From: Nemertoderma westbladi
Taxonomy: Eukaryota > Animalia > Xenacoelomorpha
NCBI GenBank assembly: GCA_032718475.1
Contig: JAUCBJ010006694.1
Location: forward strand, 29,167 to 93,166
DNA length: 64,000 nucleotides
Direction of reading: 5' to 3'
This document shows positions 57,875 through 64,000 of this stretch, piece by piece; within the stretch, counting starts at the first letter, position 1, and every line of letters starts with the position of its first letter. The translations under genes were made by a program, and so were the position numbers. The notes beneath the pieces are model-generated. The model did not search any database. It saw only the letters and a list, made by a program, of their open reading frames with translations, and had not been told where the DNA came from.

Positions 57875-60496
57875 TTACGTTATGGAGTCCCTAGATGTTT
57901 GAAGGATTAGGGAGGTGGTCGTGGGAAGAGAATCTTGCCTTCCACAGTTTCCGGAGAGTCCTCCATTCCCTTCCGGTAAACACAAACGACCGACTGGGTG
58001 ATTGAGTCGCTGCATCCCGAATACAATTCCAGGTTTCCTCTTCGTCCTGGAATAGTGACGATAGAAACATCGCTCTAGGTACACGACGGCCTTACAAAGC
58101 CGATTCCAGGAGCTATAGTGGTCCGTCGCTCCCTGCAGGAGAGGTGAGAGTCCCTGCGAGACGTCTGATGTTCCAGAGCTCCAATCGCTCTCTCTGATCT
58201 TCATGAAGGATCCACTCGCGGTGGGGAGGTCCAGATCCACGGCGTCGTCCCTGGCAATATGTAATACCGACAGATCTATCCCGGGTTCAAATAACTCCGA
58301 TCCACCCGTCCGGGTTTTAGGTTTGACTTTCTCCGCTCCCTTGGCTGGTCTAATCTCAGTCGGAGTAAGATGGGGAGGCCATTCATCCTCCTTACTCAGG
58401 AAGTCGGGTTCACCTAACCGGTCTGTAGTATCTGTCAGTTCTTGAGGAGTTGCTCCTCTGGAAGCGATGTCAGTTGGATTAAACTTCTTGGGGCAATATC
58501 TCCATTGATCTACATTGGAGCTAATATCGTCATTATCTGAGGAGTATGGTGTTCCCTCAGTTGGGTCGTCTCCCTCACTAGTATCATCTTCCCATTCACT
58601 CACTTGGCAGACGCGATCTTGAAGCAGTCTTTCTCTGAGCGTTCTTCGGGAAGGTCCAGTAAGGTACCAACCTACTCTAGTTCTTACCGCATAGGTCTGA
58701 AGTGGTTGCGGTTGAGCAGGTCGTTTCTCCAATGTCTCCAGCGCCTCATGCGCGTTTTGACCGATTAATATTTGTACTCCAGGATAATCGGTGTCGAATC
58801 TAGGAATGTTAAGTTGTTGGGCATGATCATCTTCGTCCCAATTATAAGGTTCCACTTGGGTGGTAGCGAAGTTCTTTATTGCCACCATTTTGACTGACCT
58901 TATACTGTATTCTCCTAGTTTATCCTGTGGAGTGGACAACTCACCTATATAATAGTCGGCAGCCACAGCAGATTTCCAAACCTGCATGATCCCTGACATG
59001 TTTAGCTTGGTTCGGAACTTGGGTTGTCCAGCAAAGATGTCTTCGGCTAGTTCTTTATCGATGAATGTTCCTGTGCTGCCGGAGTCCAGGAGGGCGTTCA
59101 CTATATAGCTCTTCTGAGGTCCGTGGACCCGTAACTGGACTACAGGAAATTCTCGGATTCCTACATTTGAAGTTGGCGCTTTCCAAGATTGTTGTTGATC
59201 TGAAGTAGTTAGGGTGAGGTCGCTGTCTGTATCTTTTTCATGAGTGAGTGCTCGATACACTGCGGTATTTATCATGTAACAGGATTCGTTTTCGTCGGAG
59301 AACTCGTCCGTATAGAATCCTTCCATCTCAGATTGATCAGTGTCGTTCACATCACTGAATTGGACATGTAGTTCGGAATCACTCACCTGACTCGGACTAT
59401 TTCGCTCGAATTCAGTGTGCAACAAGATATGATGTTTCGCACCGCACTTTGCACACCTTGCGTCGGAGTAACAGGTTCGCCGTTGGTGTCCTCGTCTGAG
59501 GCAATTATAACACAACCGCTTATCCCACATGACTTCACGTCTGTCCTTTAGAGATTTCCTCAGGAATTCATCACACGCACTTAAACGGTGGGGCCCATCG
59601 CACAGCACACATTTGGGCTTGATGTTACTTACTTTAACATGTGCTGTGTGGTGCACGTTCGTTCTTTCCTCGGGCTTTCTCACCTGAATTCTCTTGGGAG
59701 ACGTAGGAGGAGTTTTTCTTACCTGTTCTCTCCTGTCATTGGTTCGAGACTTGAATTTACTTACCTGGTCTTTAGGCGTTTTGTTGTCATAGTAAGATCT
59801 TTCAGTGTCTTTCCCGCTATCCTCTCCTTGAGAAGTCTGGCTTTTGCTGTCGTCTGTATAACACACTGGTATTACCCTTCTCCTAGAAACGGGTTTCTCA
59901 CTTACCTTGTTTTCCAGTGTCTTCTCTCTGGACTGCCTTAGGAGCTGTAATTTCACTTCTCCATCTAGGAATGACATGAGATCAGCCATGGTAGGGTCTC
60001 GTCGTTGTTGTTCCATCATATATAACACTTTCTTATCCCAGCGTGTACCTACTCCACCCTTCGGTAAAGTAGAAGCCACTGCTCTAATAACCATAGCACT
60101 CTGATACTCATGAGACTTACCTAGCCAATCTAATTGTCTGCAGATCTCCTGAATTTCATCGGAAAACTCTATAATCCCGCTGCTAATAAACTTTCGGGGC
60201 GCTACCAACTTTGCATACAAATACCCAGCTATGTTATTCCTATTACCATACCTGATGTTTAGTGTATCCCAAACTTGTCTTAATCCGTCTGGATGTCCAA
60301 TAAACTTTAACGCCATTAACTTGGGAGATCCTTCCAAGCACTCGATGAGGAATCTAAGTTTCTCTCCATTAGATAGTACAGAGTTCTGTATGTTATCTTT
60401 GTAATATTCATTAAAAGGTAACCATTTCATCTCATCTCCATTGAACTTGACGATCTCTCCCACCTTTACCGCTTGACGGGCTTCGGTTCTAGCCAT
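57875..60496 (-). CDS. Gag-protease with in-frame RT/RNase H and integrase deletions, element D
   Basis: Same Gag, knuckle and LLDSGS motifs; first deletion junction DNDDI-SSNVDQWR equivalent to A's DNDDI-NSNVDQWR. Confidence 0.9.
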   Translation of the reverse strand: MARTEARQAVKVGEIVKFNGDEMKWLPFNEYYKDNIQNSVLSNGEKLRFLIECLEGSPKLMALKFIGHPDGLRQVWDTLNIRYGNRNNIAGYLYAKLVAPRKFISSGIIEFSDEIQEICRQLDWLGKSHEYQSAMVIRAVASTLPKGGVGTRWDKKVLYMMEQQRRDPTMADLMSFLDGEVKLQLLRQSREKTLENKVSEKPVSRRRVIPVCYTDDSKSQTSQGEDSGKDTERSYYDNKTPKDQVSKFKSRTNDRREQVRKTPPTSPKRIQVRKPEERTNVHHTAHVKVSNIKPKCVLCDGPHRLSACDEFLRKSLKDRREVMWDKRLCYNCLRRGHQRRTCYSDARCAKCGAKHHILLHTEFERNSPSQVSDSELHVQFSDVNDTDQSEMEGFYTDEFSDENESCYMINTAVYRALTHEKDTDSDLTLTTSDQQQSWKAPTSNVGIREFPVVQLRVHGPQKSYIVNALLDSGSTGTFIDKELAEDIFAGQPKFRTKLNMSGIMQVWKSAVAADYYIGELSTPQDKLGEYSIRSVKMVAIKNFATTQVEPYNWDEDDHAQQLNIPRFDTDYPGVQILIGQNAHEALETLEKRPAQPQPLQTYAVRTRVGWYLTGPSRRTLRERLLQDRVCQVSEWEDDTSEGDDPTEGTPYSSDNDDISSNVDQWRYCPKKFNPTDIASRGATPQELTDTTDRLGEPDFLSKEDEWPPHLTPTEIRPAKGAEKVKPKTRTGGSELFEPGIDLSVLHIARDDAVDLDLPTASGSFMKIRESDWSSGTSDVSQGLSPLLQGATDHYSSWNRLCKAVVYLERCFYRHYSRTKRKPGIVFGMQRLNHPVGRLCLPEGNGGLSGNCGRQDSLPTTTSLILQTSRDSIT

Positions 60497-60699
60497 TTGA
60501 CGCGTAAAACTTTCTTGGTTCTACGTTTTCCCATATCTTGCTTAGTTTTCGAGATATCTGTGATAGAAAATACTGGCTCCGATATATCGCGATATCGGTA
60601 AAGGCGATGAAGTTTGGGGTTTGCATTCAATTTCTGCAAATTTCTGTGCTCAGTGGTGCTAATTGGATGTCTCCACGAGAAAGAGCACAAAGTTTTAAT

Positions 60700-62420
60700 T
60701 GAGAAGGAATTTTTTTATGATTATTGGACCTACTGATCAGTTTATAAGACAACTTCAAGTCTCCAGAATGAGGATGGGACTCCAATAAGCGACTCTGTGG
60801 TCTTTGCGGGATTACACGGAATAGACTTACCAGTCATCGGAGATCTTCAAAATGTACAGTATAATCTCCAGTTCTAGTGGTCGTACGGAGTTTGTTTTGG
60901 GCTTATTCGAAAGCTCTTTTCTCAGAGACGAAAGTTCTGAGAAAAGCTGCTTCAAAGAGCATTAAGTATAGTGGAGTATATGGTGTCCTCCCTGAGGTCT
61001 TTAAAATATCACAGTGTTTAGAGCACATTTACCCCGTCATAGTAGACATGTAAAGAACAAGAGTCCCACAAGAAATAAAAACAAATATGTTGGTACCAGT
61101 TCCCAAGAAGGGCAACCTAACACTCTATGGTTCTTTTCGGGGAATTTCATTGATCTCGATTGCAGCAAAGCTATACAATAAAATTATATTAAATCACATC
61201 AGGGATCCCATTGAGAGACTGCTCCATGAAAATCAGAATGGGTTCCATCAAGGTCGTGGGACCATGGAGCCCATTTTGGCACTTAGACGGCTAATTGAAG
61301 AGTTATCAAAAAAGAAAGACAGGCATCTAGCTGTTATCTTTGTTGACTTCTTCAAGGCCTTTGATTCAGTCTCTCGCTCACGTATGTTCAGCATACTTTC
61401 ATTATATGGGATTCCTGATGAAATTATTGCAGCAATCAGATCAGTATACAATGGTTGGACGACATTTGTGTCTACTGTTGAAGGTGACACAGAACCATTT
61501 GAAGTGTTATGGGGAGTCCTCAGGGTGACACACTTGTACAATTCTCATTTTTATAATTTTGTTTGACCATGTTATTCTACGCATGTCCTTAGATCATCAT
61601 AATGATGATGGGGTGATGGTAACTCCACCACTGGCTCCAGAAGTCGAGGAAATCCAGCCATAAACCTAACTGATCTAGACTTTGCTGATGACGTAGGGGT
61701 ACTCTCAGAATCACTAGAGGGAATCCCAAGGTTCTTCAACTCATTATAATAGGTTGCTTCTTGTGACCATATATATTGTATATTGTTATATATACATATA
61801 TTGACCATGTGGACGACTTCTGTTACCTGGGATCACAGATCCGGAAGTCAGGTCAGGATCTTCGAATACTTAAGGAAAAGGCATGGGCATGCTTGGATAG
61901 GCTTTCGAGGATTTGGAAGTGACACAGAAAACATCGGAAACTTAAGTTCCGAATATTTAGAGCAGCAATAGAACATGTACTGCTCTATGGGAGATCATGC
62001 TGTGCTCTAACTGCACAGGACACCAAATCTTTGGATGGCATATTTACAAACATTCTACACCGGGTTTACTGTGCCAAGTACAATGCACTGAACACATCTC
62101 CATCCAGACACTATATAAAATAAAATTGGAGGTGTTTCAATGGTTTCCCCAAGCTTGGCTCTTAAACAAACCCGCCTCCGCTTTGTAGGATATTGTTTTC
62201 GTCGTAAGCACCAGCCTGTGCACAATCTTGCCCCGTGGAGAAAATTAGCATGGTGGATAGCTCAAGACTTTCTTGAGACGCCTCTTTAAAGTGCACTCGC
62301 ACTGGCCTTGAAGATGCGGATAATCGCGCTAAAGTTATATGGATTGGGAGTTGTGGTGGCGCAACTTTGTTGATAAGACGGCATAGCATTCTTAATGCAC
62401 TCAGCATTCGGTATGCCAAT
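60700..62420 (+). mobile_element. Degraded RTE-clade LINE
   Basis: VPVPKKGNL..FRGISLISIAAKLYNKI, QNGF..GR, FVDFFKAFDSV, and later DLDFADD. Confidence 0.8.
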
Positions 62421-63381
62421 TGTGGATTGCATGGTGGTGACAAAAAGTTTTTGTGAAGCTGGCATAGAATATCAATGTGCAGTTTCAATGCAGCAGACCG
62501 ATTATAGTAGTAATCTTAAAAGATCGAATTTTGAATCGCAATCGTAGGACTATGTTAAATTTAGATCTCAAATCAATATAAAAAATGTAATGTTTTATTT
62601 ATTAGAGTTTTCTGGCAAACAAGATTATTTGAAAGTGACCCATGACCCATAACTTATATATTACATATATATTAGTAACCAGATGTTCCAAGTCAACTAA
62701 TTTATTATCGTTATTACTATGCGGTGTATACGTACTACAGTAAATAGGTACTTCGAAGTGATCACTACGGTATTTAGTATACGCCCCAATAGCCCAATAC
62801 TTATGCCATTCCTGTAATTGAATAAAGCTGCAACCTAGCATACTGCGAGTTAGCGAGTTATATATTACTTTGTTGGGAATTAATTTCGCATTAAAAAATC
62901 GCAGAGGGCGACATATATTTTTTAACTCTATTAGCCCGGGGGGGGGGGGGTTTAATATATAACACTTCCCTTGGTTTTGTTGTTATAACTCTGAAACAAC
63001 GGTAGCTAGAAATCTGGCATTTTATGACTTTGCCTAAAAATCTATTGTCTTCGTAATAATGAAAACGGTTTGATGGGGAAATATTGAGAACCTTTCTAGT
63101 TAGAGCACCATTTTGTAACCCTAATTTTAGCAATTTTTTTGAGACGTTATTGGAAAATTTTTAATGAAATATGATTTGTAACGACTCTACAGTATTTATG
63201 AGTTTCGCCGTTTTTTTTTGGTGTTTGCATTTCGATGGAATACGTCATATAAAATGAACTAGAAATTTCAAATCTCACCAAAAGTATATAGGTGTGGGTT
63301 TTTCCAGGTGATTGGTGCGATGTTAGTTTTTGCGCGTATTGCTGAAATTGACTAAAGCTGTAAAGCCAAGTTGTTGAAGCC

Positions 63382-63494
63382 ATGAGTACTGGAGTTTCCT
63401 CTGGGGAGTAAAGTTCTGGGGGGACCGCACTGGAAATAAGTCGTCAGACTTTGTTTGTAATCCCTGGCCTAGCAGCCGAAGAAAATTTACTTTT
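63382..63494 (+). mobile_element. 5'-truncated copy of the SINE at 39775-40055
   Basis: ATGAGTACTGGAGTTTCCTCTGGGGAGTAAAGTTCTGGGGGG...GAAAATTTAC, near-identical to the other copy. Confidence 0.85.
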
Positions 63495-64000
63495 GTTAAC
63501 GGAGATTTCGTTGAAGATAATTAGGTTGTTAATACATAATAATATAATAATAATAATCTCAATAAACAGTTAACAGAATCTCGTAACAAATGGTGAAGTT
63601 AGGGCACCATATAGATAGGTACTTTACCGGTACGGAAACAAACAACTTCTACACATGGGTTGATTGCTATATTTAGAATTCAGCAATGAATCTTGCTACC
63701 GGTACGGCTTTACTGATGAAGAAAAAACAGGGTTAATAATAATTAGGTCCTAAATGCTAAGAGTATATCGATTCGAATACAGCGTCTGAAAGTTAGTTTT
63801 GTTTGTCTCTATTTCTGTCAACTAAAAAATAAAAGAACAAAACCTCACCAAAAGCAAATAAACCTAGTAGCAATAATCCTACAAGCAATAAAACTATATA
63901 CCAATTATATTCTATAGCGTCGTTATAGTAACTAATATCTAAGCATTTCGTACAGACCCGTATAAATTTTTGTAATGGGCATTTCTTTGCAACATAAACA

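Larger units (their letters stand above)
53438..60517 (-). mobile_element. Bel/Pao copy D, diverged non-autonomous subfamily, 5'-truncated in gag
   Basis: 3' LTR 53438-54603, PPT 54604-54611, accessory ORF, spacer and gag-PR all homologous to A. Confidence 0.9.

Overview
Eukaryotic, probably invertebrate-animal, heterochromatin-like DNA with no recognisable host gene; almost all of it is nested transposable elements. It is dominated by five members of one unusual Bel/Pao LTR-retrotransposon family: A (+, 1-10704), B (-, 10705-19169), C (+, ~20393-31339), a solo LTR (-, 42909-44061) and D (-, 53438-60517). Also present are a conventional Bel/Pao (E), LINEs (RTEX-like, CR1/L2 with 2A, CRE-like, RTE), a Penelope remnant with a minimal hammerhead ribozyme, tRNA-derived SINEs and MITEs. 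The main candidate novelty is the A-D family. It has no tRNA-type PBS; instead the 11 nt after the 5' LTR (ATAACAGTCAT) are perfectly complementary to an 11-mer inside the LTR (Tf1-like self-priming, not known to me in Bel/Pao). Elements A and B are fused tail-to-tail exactly at that primer/LTR-end junction. The ~750 nt between the two sites is a conserved RNA structure whose internal loop covaries with the LTR's last 9 nt in three diverged copies. The family also carries non-env 3' accessory ORFs with zinc knuckles behind an IRES-like structure. All identifications are by eye, from motifs and intra-window comparison; no searches were run.
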